Shown here piece by piece: positions 31,518 to 42,148 of a DNA stretch of 64,000 nt. Every line of letters starts with the position of its first letter. Position 1 is the stretch's first letter. The position numbers were made by a program, and so were the translations under genes. Source of the DNA: Halarcobacter sp. (lineage in GTDB: Bacteria > Campylobacterota > Campylobacteria > Campylobacterales > Arcobacteraceae); contig OY781089.1 in the NCBI GenBank assembly GCA_963676565.1, positions 384,001 to 448,000 on the forward strand, read 5' to 3'. Under the pieces are notes generated by a model. The model ran no database searches. It worked only from the letters and a program-made list of their open reading frames with translations, and was not told where the DNA came from.

Positions 31518-32420
31518 ATGAAATTTATTCTTTTTATTTTATCAGTAATTTATCTTATCACAGGTTGTTCTACAAAAGAGCCAAAGAAAGAGATTTCCCA
31601 TATTGATAAAGGGAAAAACTATTATTTTGTAGAAGAGTTTATTTATAAGAAAAACCAAATAGACTATTTTGAAAAAGAGTTTGAGAATATTTTAAATTCA
31701 AATAATCTTGAAGTATTAAAAAAATTTAAAAATTTTTATGAAACTAACTCTAGCTATTTTTTAAATGGTTTTAAAAAAGTAGCCCTTTTAGAAGAAAAAA
31801 TTGAAAACTTTGATACATCTAATAAGAATTCCCACCGATATTTATTAACAAAGGCTTTAAGTGTTGATAAACAAGAAGCAATAAAAATCTATGAAAAGCT
31901 TGCAAAAGAAGACAATATATTTGCAATGAGGGAGTTAGCAAACTTATACAAATATGATAATAAAGTTTTATCAATAATATGGTTTGAAAAACTTGTTGAA
32001 AAAAATGATATACAAAGTATAAAAGATTATGCCTTTGCAAATTTACGTATGGTAAGTCCTATTATTGTTCAAAATGTGAAAAAAGCTGTTGAATTGTATG
32101 AAAAGCTAGATTCTTTAGGAGAAGTTTCAGGATTAGTACACCTTGGAAATATTTATGAATATGGCTATTTTAAAGATGAATTTCCCCTTGATAAACAAAA
32201 AGCTTTAAAATATTATGAAAAAGCTGCAAAGCAAAACTATACACCTGCCCAAAAGAAACTTGCTAAAATCTATCTTTGCCAAGAGTGTGAAGGAAATAGA
32301 TATAATAAAGAAAAAGGGATAGAAGTTCTAAAAAGATTAACTTCAAAGGGTGATGATGAGGCTAAAGAACTTCTTATAAAACTTAGTTCTATAGGAACTG
32401 AAGAGCCCATAGAACAATAG
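31518..32420 (+). CDS. Sel1-like repeat lipoprotein
   Basis: Lipobox ITGC; LGNIYEYG...DKQKALKYYEKAAKQN..AQKKLA repeats. Confidence 0.85.
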   Translation: MKFILFILSVIYLITGCSTKEPKKEISHIDKGKNYYFVEEFIYKKNQIDYFEKEFENILNSNNLEVLKKFKNFYETNSSYFLNGFKKVALLEEKIENFDTSNKNSHRYLLTKALSVDKQEAIKIYEKLAKEDNIFAMRELANLYKYDNKVLSIIWFEKLVEKNDIQSIKDYAFANLRMVSPIIVQNVKKAVELYEKLDSLGEVSGLVHLGNIYEYGYFKDEFPLDKQKALKYYEKAAKQNYTPAQKKLAKIYLCQECEGNRYNKEKGIEVLKRLTSKGDDEAKELLIKLSSIGTEEPIEQ

Positions 32421-33309
32421 ATACAGTTAATAAGGAAACTAACGTTTGTAAGGTTATAATTGAAGCCATAAGCCTGCTATCTCCACCCAATTGTCTTGCT
32501 AAGATAAAAGACGAAGGGGCTGTTGGCATACTTCCAAAGATTAAAAGCAGTGATAATAAAATACCCTCAAGACCAAATAGTCTTGCAATAATAAACATCA
32601 CAATAGGCATAACAAGAAGTTTTAGAACTGAAGCTAATACTAATTCTAGTTTTGCTTCTTTTATTGAACTTAAATCAAGGGAAAAACCAATTGATAATAA
32701 TCCCATTGGAAGAGCTGATGCACTTAATATTTTTAAAACATTTTCACCAATAATAGGTAAACTCAAATCAAGGTAGTTTATACCACCACCTATAAAACAT
32801 GCTACAATCAATGGATTTGTAACAATTGATTTTAAAAGTCCAAATAATGTTGCCTTTTGATCACTTACATAAACAGCAAAAGATGTTATACAAATAAAAT
32901 TTATAAAAGGTATTGCAAATGTTATAAGTAAAGCAGTTAAGGCTATTCCTCTATCTCCATATATTGCAGAGATTAAGGCTAAAAGCACATAGGTATTGAA
33001 TCTAACTGCACCTTGGATAACAGAACTAAAAGCAGGTCCTGCAGTTTTAAACTTGAAGTTTAAAATTATAGTTATAAAAAGTAAAGTAGTAATTCCCAAA
33101 ATACCAGTTAAAACAAAATCAAAAGCCTCTAAGCCATCTAAAGAAGCCGTTGAAAGTTTGTATATTAAAAGAGATGGCATAAGAACAAAATAAGTTAATT
33201 TATCTGCATTTGACCAAAATTCATTTGAAGGAAATTTTATCCTTTTAAAAAAGTATCCAATTAAAATAAGTAAAAATATTGGTATAAGTGCAGAAAAAAT
33301 ATGTTCCAT
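32389..33309 (-). CDS. AEC (auxin efflux carrier / malate permease) family transporter
   Basis: PIFLLILIGY, MPSLL, NPLIVAC, LKLLVMP, MPTA motifs. Confidence 0.9.
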   Translation of the reverse strand: MEHIFSALIPIFLLILIGYFFKRIKFPSNEFWSNADKLTYFVLMPSLLIYKLSTASLDGLEAFDFVLTGILGITTLLFITIILNFKFKTAGPAFSSVIQGAVRFNTYVLLALISAIYGDRGIALTALLITFAIPFINFICITSFAVYVSDQKATLFGLLKSIVTNPLIVACFIGGGINYLDLSLPIIGENVLKILSASALPMGLLSIGFSLDLSSIKEAKLELVLASVLKLLVMPIVMFIIARLFGLEGILLSLLLIFGSMPTAPSSFILARQLGGDSRLMASIITLQTLVSLLTVSIVLWALQFL

Positions 33310-33342
33310 TTTAAATAAGCTCCATTATAAATAAAAAAAAGA

Positions 33343-33371
33343 ATTATACCATAATTTGACCAAGTGGTCAT
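33343..33371 (-). promoter_or_regulatory. Extended -10 promoter of AEC transporter with palindromic operator TTGACCAAGTGGTCAT
   Basis: Minus-strand TGGTATAAT (33343-33351); TGACCA-AG-TGGTCA palindrome at 33357-33370. Confidence 0.65.
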
Positions 33372-33388
33372 CTAATCTTTCTAGAAGT

Positions 33389-33415
33389 AAAAGTTAAGGA
33401 AAAACCTTAACTTTT
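33389..33415 (-). terminator. Intrinsic terminator after the FMN reductase
   Basis: AAAAGTTAAGG-AAAAA-CCTTAACTTTT perfect inverted repeat. Confidence 0.8.
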
Positions 33416-33923
33416 AGATTTGAGATAATTTGTTTAATTGAGTAATCATATTTTTAGCACTATCTTCATTTAATGGTTTTTCATATGTAGTTAGAAGTTC
33501 TCTAGCTAAAATATTTGCACCTAGGTGTTGAAATTGTATTCTCATAGCTTGAAGCCCTTTTGCTCCACCTCCACCACTGTGAGTTGCAAGTCCTACGATT
33601 TTTTCATGGAAAGCATCTCTCCAATCTTTTGTAGATCTTGAAGTCCATGCCATAGCGTTATTAAGAACTGGTGGCATAACCCCATTATACTCTGGAGCAA
33701 CAACAATAAATGCTTTTAACGATAATATCTTATCTGCTAATAATTTTACAGTTTCAGGAATACCATTTTTTTCCTCTTCAACTGTACTATAAAGTGGTAA
33801 ATTTAAATCCACTAAATTTATAACTTCTGATTCTACATTTAGTTCATCTGCTAATTGAGATAGTTTTTCACCTAGCTTCAAATTATTATTTGAACTAGCA
33901 ACTAAAATTCCAATTTTTGACAT
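33414..33923 (-). CDS. NADPH-dependent FMN reductase family protein
   Basis: LNLPLY, APEYNGVMPPVLNNAMAW, SGGGG motifs. Confidence 0.9.
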   Translation of the reverse strand: MSKIGILVASSNNNLKLGEKLSQLADELNVESEVINLVDLNLPLYSTVEEEKNGIPETVKLLADKILSLKAFIVVAPEYNGVMPPVLNNAMAWTSRSTKDWRDAFHEKIVGLATHSGGGGAKGLQAMRIQFQHLGANILARELLTTYEKPLNEDSAKNMITQLNKLSQI

Positions 33924-34051
33924 AACAATCCTTCATATTTAATTCATCAAACGCGAATTTTATAACTTTTAGTTTATGTAAATATTAAATTTATTCCTTA
34001 ACCACTAACTGCAAGGAATAATTCTTGTATATATTTTTTAAAAGGCTATTA

Positions 34052-34279
34052 ATGAAAAAAGGCTCTAAACCTTTCAATCCTAACGATTTTTTTACTACAC
34101 AAACAGTAAAAGATATAGTACCAAAATTTGAAGAACTTTATTCTTTAAACTTTAAAGAGATAAGTTTAAATGAAGAGCTTACAAGAAGAAATTATGAAAT
34201 TATTTCAAAAGAGTATAAAGATTTCATGTCTGCATCTTTGGCAGACTATTATGAGTTTGAGGTTGATGAGATAGTTTAG
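34052..34279 (+). CDS. Small acidic hypothetical protein (75 aa)
   Basis: ATG 34052 preceded by AAAGG; fills the gap between flanking genes. Confidence 0.65.
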   Translation: MKKGSKPFNPNDFFTTQTVKDIVPKFEELYSLNFKEISLNEELTRRNYEIISKEYKDFMSASLADYYEFEVDEIV

Positions 34280-34285
34280 TGGAAA

Positions 34286-35170
34286 TTACTTTTCCACTAA
34301 ATCATACATAGCCTTAATTTCATCAGCCCAGATTGATTCATCAATTGTTTCTAAAACAAGAGGAATATCATCCATTCTTTCATCATTCATAATAAATTTA
34401 AAAGCATCCCAACCAATTTCACCTTCGCCTAAAGAGTGGTGTCTATCAACTCTACTTCCTAAAGGAGGCTTAGAATCATTTATATGCATACCTTTTAAAA
34501 ATTCACGTCCAACAATTTTATCAAAGTCACCCCATGTTTTATCATAGGCTTCACGTGTTCTAATATCATAACCAGCAGTAAACATGTGACAAGTATCTAT
34601 ACAAACACCAACTCTACTTTTATCTTCAATTTTATCAATGATATAAGCTAAGTGTTCAAATTTATACCCTAAGTTTGTCCCTTGTCCAGCAGTATTTTCA
34701 ATAACAGCAGTCACGCCACTTGTTTTATCAAGTGCTATATTGATTGATTCTGCTATTACTTCAAGGCATTGTAACTCTGCACTATAAATTAAATCATCAT
34801 AATCTTCTGCTCTTTTTGAAAACTTTTGTAGGTGACTTCCTGGGTGAAAGTTTAATCTATCAAGTCCAAGAATTTCACATCTTTGCATCTCATCTATAAA
34901 AGCATTTCTACTTTTAATCAGTTTTTCCTCTTCTGGATGCCCAAGGTTAATTAAATATGAATCGTGAGGCAAAATATGTTTTGGCTGAACTCCACTTTCT
35001 TCTAGATTTTTAAACCAAAGGTCTAAAGTTTTACTATCAAAAGGTTTTGCATCCCATCTTTTTTGATTTTTTGTAAATAGAGCAAAGGCTTTTGCTCCAA
35101 GTTCTTTTGCATTTAAAGGTGCGTTAAAAACTCCACCTGTTGCACTTACGTGTGCTCCAACATATTTCAT
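34286..35170 (-). CDS. nfo: Endonuclease IV
   Basis: [44 protein letters not shown]. Confidence 0.97.
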   Translation of the reverse strand: MKYVGAHVSATGGVFNAPLNAKELGAKAFALFTKNQKRWDAKPFDSKTLDLWFKNLEESGVQPKHILPHDSYLINLGHPEEEKLIKSRNAFIDEMQRCEILGLDRLNFHPGSHLQKFSKRAEDYDDLIYSAELQCLEVIAESINIALDKTSGVTAVIENTAGQGTNLGYKFEHLAYIIDKIEDKSRVGVCIDTCHMFTAGYDIRTREAYDKTWGDFDKIVGREFLKGMHINDSKPPLGSRVDRHHSLGEGEIGWDAFKFIMNDERMDDIPLVLETIDESIWADEIKAMYDLVEK

Positions 35171-35207
35171 TAGATAGTCCTTGTTTACTTTTTTTGGGAT
35201 TGTACTA

Positions 35208-35591
35208 TTAATCTTTTTTGATTTTTATTAAGATACCATTTTCTTTATCCCTATGGATAATCTCTTTTTTATCACTTTCAAAAAGATTTTTCAAGAAGTT
35301 TTCATCATAACCTTTAGCTAAATATTCTTCATTAAAAACCCTAGAAGCTTGACATTCAAAAGTATCTCTACAGATTCTACCATCATAGATTTTCAGTTTT
35401 AAAACAGCAGTTCCTGCTGAAAGTATCTGAACTTCTGTATAGTTTTGAAACTTTGATATAAACCCTTTATCATAAAATTTTAGTTTAGGAGTTTTTATTA
35501 AAATTGTAGCACTTGATACAATTTTTGGTTGAGAAAAAGAACAACCTGAAATAAATAAAACAAAAATTAAAAAGTATATAATTCTTTTTAT
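35208..35591 (-). CDS. Lipoprotein (127 aa) absent from the ORF track; apparent ATA start
   Basis: Manual translation [44 protein letters not shown]...[16 protein letters not shown] 6 nt upstream of ATA; lipobox ISGC. Confidence 0.8.
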   Translation of the reverse strand: MKRIIYFLIFVLFISGCSFSQPKIVSSATILIKTPKLKFYDKGFISKFQNYTEVQILSAGTAVLKLKIYDGRICRDTFECQASRVFNEEYLAKGYDENFLKNLFESDKKEIIHRDKENGILIKIKKD

Positions 35592-35663
35592 CTCTAATCC
35601 TTTTTATAAATATTTTCACTATAATACAAAAAAATAGATAAATTAAAAAATCAAAGGTTATTT

Positions 35664-36737
35664 TTGTTAGTTCATATTTGTTGCGCAGTTGATTCCCACT
35701 ACTTTTTAGAAAAACTTCAAGAAGAATTTCCTAATGAAAAAATGGTAGGATTTTTTTATGATCCTAATATTCATCCATACAATGAATACAGACTTAGATA
35801 CTTAGATGTAGAGTATTCATGTAAAAAACTAGGTATTGAATTACTTGAAGGTCCATACAATCTTGAAGAGTGGCTAAAGAAAGTAAAAGGCTTAGAAAAT
35901 GAACCTGAAAAAGGTGATAGATGTACAGTTTGTTTTGATGATAGATTGGAAGTTAGTGTAAAAAAAGCTATTGAGTTAGGGCATGATAAGTTCTCAACTT
36001 CACTTTTAATTTCACCAAAAAAATCACAAGACAAATTGGAAAAAATTGGAGCTTCTTTACAAGAAAAATACAATTGTGAATTTATTTTTAGAGATTATAG
36101 AAGTGGAAGTGGTACACAAATCCAAGGGGAAGTTGTAAAAGAAAATTCCCTTTATAGACAAAATTATTGTGGTTGTTTATTTGGACTTACACAACAAAGG
36201 GAACAGCAAAAGAAAATTATGGATGAGATGTTTTCACCAATTTCTAATCAAATCCTACCAGAATCAATTGAAAGTAGATTAGAACTTTATAAAAAGAGGG
36301 ATGAATTAGATGATAAAAAAATTCCATATAAAATCATTAAACAAAGATTTCTAAATTATAGAATTTTAAGTGGTAAAGTAAAAATTGATAAAAAAATTGT
36401 TCCTTCATATTTTTTATGTTATTCAACCCTAAATAGAAATAAAATGAATGGAAGGATTGATTACGAAAAAGATGAAGTTGCTTATTTAAATAGGGATGAA
36501 GTAAAGGTTCTAAGCCTAAATATTTTTAATGAAATAGGTAATAGTTTTTACAAATGTGTAAAAGATTTAATGTTTAATCCCCCTACTTTTGAATCAGAAT
36601 TAAATATTAGACAAAAAATCACTCAAAATCCATATGGTCTTTCGACTATTGTTGTAATTGATGAAATAATTGATGGTAAATATGAAATAGAATTAGATGC
36701 AAAAATATATGAAGATGTTAAAGAAGTGATTATATGA
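35664..36737 (+). CDS. queH: Epoxyqueuosine reductase QueH (DUF208) with C-terminal extension
   Basis: LVHICCAVDS, YDPNIHP..EY..R, RCTVCFDDRL, YRQNYCGC. Confidence 0.9.
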   Translation: MLVHICCAVDSHYFLEKLQEEFPNEKMVGFFYDPNIHPYNEYRLRYLDVEYSCKKLGIELLEGPYNLEEWLKKVKGLENEPEKGDRCTVCFDDRLEVSVKKAIELGHDKFSTSLLISPKKSQDKLEKIGASLQEKYNCEFIFRDYRSGSGTQIQGEVVKENSLYRQNYCGCLFGLTQQREQQKKIMDEMFSPISNQILPESIESRLELYKKRDELDDKKIPYKIIKQRFLNYRILSGKVKIDKKIVPSYFLCYSTLNRNKMNGRIDYEKDEVAYLNRDEVKVLSLNIFNEIGNSFYKCVKDLMFNPPTFESELNIRQKITQNPYGLSTIVVIDEIIDGKYEIELDAKIYEDVKEVII

Positions 36738-37777
36738 AACTTTTGGTAAGTGCCCTTGAAACCTCATCAAATATTCACCTAAAAGAACTAAAAAAACACC
36801 TAAAAGATGACATAGAATTTTTTGGTGTTTTTGATAAAGAATTGGGGAATCCACTTTATGACCTTTCTCACCTTGCAATTATGGGATTTGTTGATGCCAT
36901 AAAAAAATTAAGATTTTTCTTCAAATTAAGAGATGAGTTAGTTAAACTAGCACGGGATTGTGATAAGGTTTTACTAATGGATAGTTCAGGATTTAATCTT
37001 ACCCTTGCAAAAAAACTAAAAGCAACTTATCCAAATAAAGAGATAATCTATTATATCCTTCCTCAAGCTTGGGCTTGGAAAAAAGGAAGAGTAAAAAAAC
37101 TAGAGAAATATTGTACAAAATTATGTTCAATACTACCCTTTGAAAAAGATATATATACAAAAAAAGAGATGATTACTTATGTGGGACATCCACTTTTAGA
37201 TGAGATAAAAGAGTTTAAAACCCAAATCTCAAAAACAAATAAAATTATATATATGCCTGGAAGTAGAAAAAGTGAAATCATAAACCATATGCCTATTTTC
37301 AGAGAACTTTCAAAAAAAATTAAAGAAAAAAAGCATATTTTGATTATCCCTGAAAAATTTGATGATGAATATATAAAAAAGATTTATGGAGATATTAGTT
37401 CTTTTGAAGTTTCAAGGGATTCACATAAAGAACTTAGAGAAGCTGAATTTGGCTTTATATGTTCAGGAACAGCAACATTAGAAGCTGCAATTATAGGAAC
37501 ACCTTTTGTATTAAGTTATATTGCAAAAAAGATTGATTACTTTATTGCAATAAAATTAATTAAACTTCCTTCCATTGGTTTGGCAAATATATTTTTTGAA
37601 AAAATGGGTAAAAAACCAATACATAAAGAGTTCCTACAAGATGAAGTTACAGTTGATAATTTATTCAATGAATACAACTTGATGAATAGAGATGATTACT
37701 TGAAAAATTCTCAAATTTTGAGAGACTACTTACAAGGTGGTAGTTCCCAAAACGTTGCAAACATAATCCAAAACTAA
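36734..37777 (+). CDS. lpxB: Lipid-A-disaccharide synthase
   Basis: DSSGFN, PQAWAW, ILPFE, YVGHPL, PGSR.SE, SGTATLE. Confidence 0.95.
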   Translation: MKLLVSALETSSNIHLKELKKHLKDDIEFFGVFDKELGNPLYDLSHLAIMGFVDAIKKLRFFFKLRDELVKLARDCDKVLLMDSSGFNLTLAKKLKATYPNKEIIYYILPQAWAWKKGRVKKLEKYCTKLCSILPFEKDIYTKKEMITYVGHPLLDEIKEFKTQISKTNKIIYMPGSRKSEIINHMPIFRELSKKIKEKKHILIIPEKFDDEYIKKIYGDISSFEVSRDSHKELREAEFGFICSGTATLEAAIIGTPFVLSYIAKKIDYFIAIKLIKLPSIGLANIFFEKMGKKPIHKEFLQDEVTVDNLFNEYNLMNRDDYLKNSQILRDYLQGGSSQNVANIIQN

Positions 37778-37835
37778 TTTTTTTTTGGATAAAATATATG
37801 ACTTTTTTAAACATAGAACACAATAGGAAACAATA

Positions 37836-38279
37836 ATGTTAGACATAATGGAAATTCAAGAGATTTTACCTCATAGATACCCTTTTTTATTAGTAGATAG
37901 AATTACTGATATGGAAAAAGCAAAAAGTATCACAGGATATAAAAACATCTCTATTAGTGAACCTGCTTTTATGGGACACTTCCCAGGACACCCAATCTAC
38001 CCTGGTGTATTAATTCTAGAAGGAATGGCACAAGCAGGAGGAGTACTTGCACTTAAGAGTAATGACCTAACACAAGAAGAATTGAAAAATAAAGTAATCT
38101 ATTTTATGAGTATTGATGGTGCGAAATTTAGAAGTCCAGTTAGACCTGGTGATAAACTTGTATACAAAATTGAAGTTAAAAAATTAAGAGGAAACCTAAT
38201 CGTACTTGATGGTAAAGCTTTTGTAGATGATAATTTAGTTGCTGAAGCAGAATTAAAAGCTATGATTGTTGATAAATAA
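37836..38279 (+). CDS. fabZ: 3-hydroxyacyl-ACP dehydratase
   Basis: [32 protein letters not shown]. Confidence 0.97.
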   Translation: MLDIMEIQEILPHRYPFLLVDRITDMEKAKSITGYKNISISEPAFMGHFPGHPIYPGVLILEGMAQAGGVLALKSNDLTQEELKNKVIYFMSIDGAKFRSPVRPGDKLVYKIEVKKLRGNLIVLDGKAFVDDNLVAEAELKAMIVDK

Positions 38280-38291
38280 TATAGGGTTGTA

Positions 38292-39074
38292 ATGAGTAAT
38301 ATTCACAAAACAGCAATAATCGAAGATGGAGCAATAATTGGTGAAAATGTAACTATTGGAGCATTTACAGTTATTGGGAAAGATGTTAAAATTGGTGATG
38401 GTACATCAATTGGTTCTCACACTTTAATTGAGGGTAAAACCACTATTGGTAAGAACAATCAAATATTTTCCCATGCAACATTAGGAAGTATTCCCCAAGA
38501 TTTAAAATTTGATGGGGAAGATGTAGAGTTAGTTATTGGTGACAATAATAAAATTAGAGAATATACTCTTTTTAATCCTGGAACAAAAGGTGGTGGAAGT
38601 ATTACTAAAATAGGTGACAACAATCTATTTATGGGATATACTCACGTTGCACATGATGTTATAGTTGGAAATAATTGTGTATTTGCAAATGTTGCAACAC
38701 TTGCTGGACATGTTGAGATTGATGATAATGTAGTTATTGGTGGTCTTACACCTATACACCAATTTTGTAAAATTGGTTCAAACGTTATGGTTGCTGGTGG
38801 TTCTGTAGTTACTCAAGATATTCCACCTTTTTGTCTAGCTGAAGGTAATAGAGCAATATTGCGAGGACTTAATTTAAATGGTTTAAGAAGAAGATTTGAT
38901 AATAGATCTGATATTGATGAAGTTAGAAAAGCATATAAGGCGATATTTGAATCAGGTAATCCTATTGCAGATGTAGCCAATGACCTTCTTGAAAATAATG
39001 ACAATAAATATGTACAGGAATTAGCAAGTTTTGTAGTTAATACAAAACGTGGAATTCCTTTTAATAGAAAATAG
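38292..39074 (+). CDS. lpxA: UDP-N-acetylglucosamine acyltransferase
   Basis: Hexapeptide repeats, PQDLKF, HVAHD, LAGHV, HQF. Confidence 0.97.
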   Translation: MSNIHKTAIIEDGAIIGENVTIGAFTVIGKDVKIGDGTSIGSHTLIEGKTTIGKNNQIFSHATLGSIPQDLKFDGEDVELVIGDNNKIREYTLFNPGTKGGGSITKIGDNNLFMGYTHVAHDVIVGNNCVFANVATLAGHVEIDDNVVIGGLTPIHQFCKIGSNVMVAGGSVVTQDIPPFCLAEGNRAILRGLNLNGLRRRFDNRSDIDEVRKAYKAIFESGNPIADVANDLLENNDNKYVQELASFVVNTKRGIPFNRK

Positions 39075-39086
39075 GAGATAAGTTTA

Positions 39087-40301
39087 ATGGCTAAACTTGA
39101 ATGTGATTTTTGTGGAGCACCGGATACGGCTGATAATCCAATAATTTCTGGAGACAATGCTTGTATTTGTAAATCATGCGTTAACGCTGCTCACGAAATA
39201 ATGGTAGGGAACCAAATTCCTGAACAAGATTCTAAAAACCCAGATACAATTAAAGAGCACTTTGAAATTAAAACACCTGCCCAATTAAAAGATATCTTAG
39301 ATGATTATGTAATTGGTCAAAATAGAGCAAAAAAAGTTTTATCTGTTGCAGTTTATAATCACTATAAAAGAATTTTCAGACATGATGAACTTGAAGATGA
39401 TATTGAGATAAATAAATCAAATGTACTATTGATTGGACCAACAGGGTCAGGTAAAACACTACTTGCTCAAACAATAGCAAAATATCTTGATGTTCCTTTA
39501 GCAATTGCTGATGCAACTTCACTTACTGAAGCAGGATATGTTGGTGATGATGTTGAAAATGTTGTTACAAGACTTATTCAAGCAGCTGATGGAGATGTTC
39601 AAAGAGCTGAAACTGGAATTATTTTTATTGATGAAGTTGATAAAGTTGCAAGAATGAGTGAAAATAGATCAATCACTAGGGATGTTTCAGGAGAAGGTGT
39701 TCAACAAGCACTTCTTAAAATCATTGAGGGGTCTGTTGTAAATGTTCCACCAAAAGGTGGTAGAAAGCACCCTGGTCAAGATGCAATTCAAGTTGATACT
39801 ACAAATATTTTATTTATTTGTGGTGGAGCTTTTGATGGTCTTGAAGAGATTGTTAAAAAGAAAAAAGGTGGAAATGTATTAGGTTTCAACCAAGAGAAAA
39901 AAAGTAAAGATGATGATAGTATAATTGCCGATGTTGAAGCTCATGATTTAGTTAAATATGGACTTATTCCAGAACTTATTGGTAGACTTCATATGATTGC
40001 TACATTAAATGAAATCTCTGAAGATGATATGGTACACATCTTAACTGAACCAAAGAATGCATTGATTAAACAATATATCAAACTATTCCAAATGGATAAT
40101 GTAACTTTAGAATTTGAAGATGATGCATTAAAACAAATTGCAAAACTTGCTATTGAAAGAAAAACGGGAGCAAGAGGTCTTAGATCAATTTTAGAAGATG
40201 TAATGCTTGATATTATGTATGATTTACCTGAATATAAAGATAAAACAGTAACAATCACACAAGATGTTGTTTCAAAAAAAAATGAACCAAAAATAGCTTA
40301 G
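39087..40301 (+). CDS. clpX: ATP-dependent Clp protease ATP-binding subunit
   Basis: Zn finger, [35 protein letters not shown] loop. Confidence 0.98.
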   Translation: MAKLECDFCGAPDTADNPIISGDNACICKSCVNAAHEIMVGNQIPEQDSKNPDTIKEHFEIKTPAQLKDILDDYVIGQNRAKKVLSVAVYNHYKRIFRHDELEDDIEINKSNVLLIGPTGSGKTLLAQTIAKYLDVPLAIADATSLTEAGYVGDDVENVVTRLIQAADGDVQRAETGIIFIDEVDKVARMSENRSITRDVSGEGVQQALLKIIEGSVVNVPPKGGRKHPGQDAIQVDTTNILFICGGAFDGLEEIVKKKKGGNVLGFNQEKKSKDDDSIIADVEAHDLVKYGLIPELIGRLHMIATLNEISEDDMVHILTEPKNALIKQYIKLFQMDNVTLEFEDDALKQIAKLAIERKTGARGLRSILEDVMLDIMYDLPEYKDKTVTITQDVVSKKNEPKIA

Positions 40302-40311
40302 AAGGATATAG

Positions 40312-41343
40312 ATGTTATTAGATAAATTAATAGGTGTATTTTCAAATGATATGGCAATTGACTTAGGAACTGCTAATACTATTGTTTCTGTAAAAGGAAA
40401 AGGTATTATCATAAATGAACCATCAGTGGTTGCAGTACAAAATGACAGATATGGAAAAGATAAAATATTAGCCGTTGGACAAGAAGCTAAACAGATGATT
40501 GGTAAAACACCATTAAATATAACAGCTGTACGTCCTATGAAAGATGGAGTTATTGCTGATTTTGAAATGACAGAAAGAATGATTAGATATTTCATTGAAA
40601 AAGCCCATGCAAGAAAATCTTTTATTAGACCTAGAATAATTATCTGTATCCCTTATGGTATTACACAAGTTGAAAGAAAAGCTGTAAAAGAATCAGCTTT
40701 AAGTGCAGGAGCTAGAGAAGTATTTTTAGTTGAAGAGCCTATGGCTGCAGCAATTGGAGCAGGAATTCCTGTTTCAGATCCATCTGGATATGTTGTAGTT
40801 GATATTGGTGGAGGTACAACAGAAATTGGTGTAACTTCACTTGGTGGATTAGTTCTTTCAAAATCAATAAAAGTAGCTGGTGATAGATTTGACAAAGCTA
40901 TTATGGAATATGTAAGACAAAATTACAATCTATATATTGGTGAAAGAACAGCTGAGAATATTAAAATTGAGATTGGTTCAGCTATAAAACAAGATGCAGA
41001 ACTAAAAATCAAAGTAAAAGGTAGAGATAACTCTGGATTACTTTCAACAATTGAATTAGGAAGTGAAGGTGTTAGAACTGCTATTAAAGAACCTCTAAGA
41101 GAGATTGTTTCAGCAGTAAGATCAGTATTAGAAAATATGCCACCAGATTTAGCAGGAGATGTTGTTGATAATGGTGTAATGCTAACAGGTGGTGGAGCAC
41201 TTATTAGAGGACTTGATAAATATCTTGCTGATATTATTAAACTTCCAGTTAGAGTTGCTGATGAACCATTATTAGCAGTAGCATATGGTACAAGCAATGT
41301 ATTAGACCAGGACGCACTTTTAAAATTAATTACTAATGAATAA
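40312..41343 (+). CDS. mreB: Rod shape-determining protein MreB
   Basis: DLGTANT, EPMAAAIGAG, DIGGGTTE, LTGGGAL. Confidence 0.98.
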   Translation: MLLDKLIGVFSNDMAIDLGTANTIVSVKGKGIIINEPSVVAVQNDRYGKDKILAVGQEAKQMIGKTPLNITAVRPMKDGVIADFEMTERMIRYFIEKAHARKSFIRPRIIICIPYGITQVERKAVKESALSAGAREVFLVEEPMAAAIGAGIPVSDPSGYVVVDIGGGTTEIGVTSLGGLVLSKSIKVAGDRFDKAIMEYVRQNYNLYIGERTAENIKIEIGSAIKQDAELKIKVKGRDNSGLLSTIELGSEGVRTAIKEPLREIVSAVRSVLENMPPDLAGDVVDNGVMLTGGGALIRGLDKYLADIIKLPVRVADEPLLAVAYGTSNVLDQDALLKLITNE

Positions 41344-42148
41344 ATTTCTATTTTTTATTCTTTTTTTAGCTATCTCCCTTGGATATATCTTTGATTTAGA
41401 CAAGGTTGTAGCTAAAAATTTTACCCCTTTTACATCACTAAAAAAACTATATATTGATACAAAAACATCAATAAAAGAAACAAAAGATAAATACTTCAAT
41501 CAAACAAAAACTATAGAGTTTTTACAAAATGAAAATAAAGAGCTAAAAAGCTTTAAACTAAAATATCAATCTGCAAAAAATGAATTAGACAATTTAAATA
41601 AAAATCTAAACCATACAAATGCAACAACGGAACAAATTAAATTTACAAAAGTTTTATCATATGTTGATTTTGATGACTATACAAAAATTTGGTTAGATAT
41701 GGAAAAAAAAGATGACTCTATTTTAGGAGTTATTTCAGACCAATATGCAGCAGGAATTGTTGTAAATAAAGACAACAAAGCAAAAGCTTTATTAAATGGA
41801 AATGAAAAATGTAATTATGCAATTTTTATTGGAGAAAATGAAGCACCAGGAATTATCCATGCATCAAAAAATGGTCAATATTTAGTAGCTAAATTTATCC
41901 CTATTTGGTTTGATATTAAAAAGGGTGATGAAGTTATAACCTCAGGAATGGATAATATCTTTTTCAAAGGTTTAAAAGTTGGACGTGTTTTATCAATAAA
42001 AAAGATGCAAGATTTACAAGAAGCTACTATTTTACCCTATGCAAAAGTTTTAAAACAAAACTCATTTTTTGTTTATAAAAAAATTCAAAAAGAGAAAAAA
42101 GAAACTAAAGAAGTTAAAGAAGAGGAAACTTCTAATAAGAAGCCATAA
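41336..42148 (+). CDS. mreC: Rod shape-determining protein MreC
   Basis: TM plus coiled coil, KKGDEVITSGMDNIFFKGLKVG; follows mreB. Confidence 0.92.
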   Translation: MNKFLFFILFLAISLGYIFDLDKVVAKNFTPFTSLKKLYIDTKTSIKETKDKYFNQTKTIEFLQNENKELKSFKLKYQSAKNELDNLNKNLNHTNATTEQIKFTKVLSYVDFDDYTKIWLDMEKKDDSILGVISDQYAAGIVVNKDNKAKALLNGNEKCNYAIFIGENEAPGIIHASKNGQYLVAKFIPIWFDIKKGDEVITSGMDNIFFKGLKVGRVLSIKKMQDLQEATILPYAKVLKQNSFFVYKKIQKEKKETKEVKEEETSNKKP

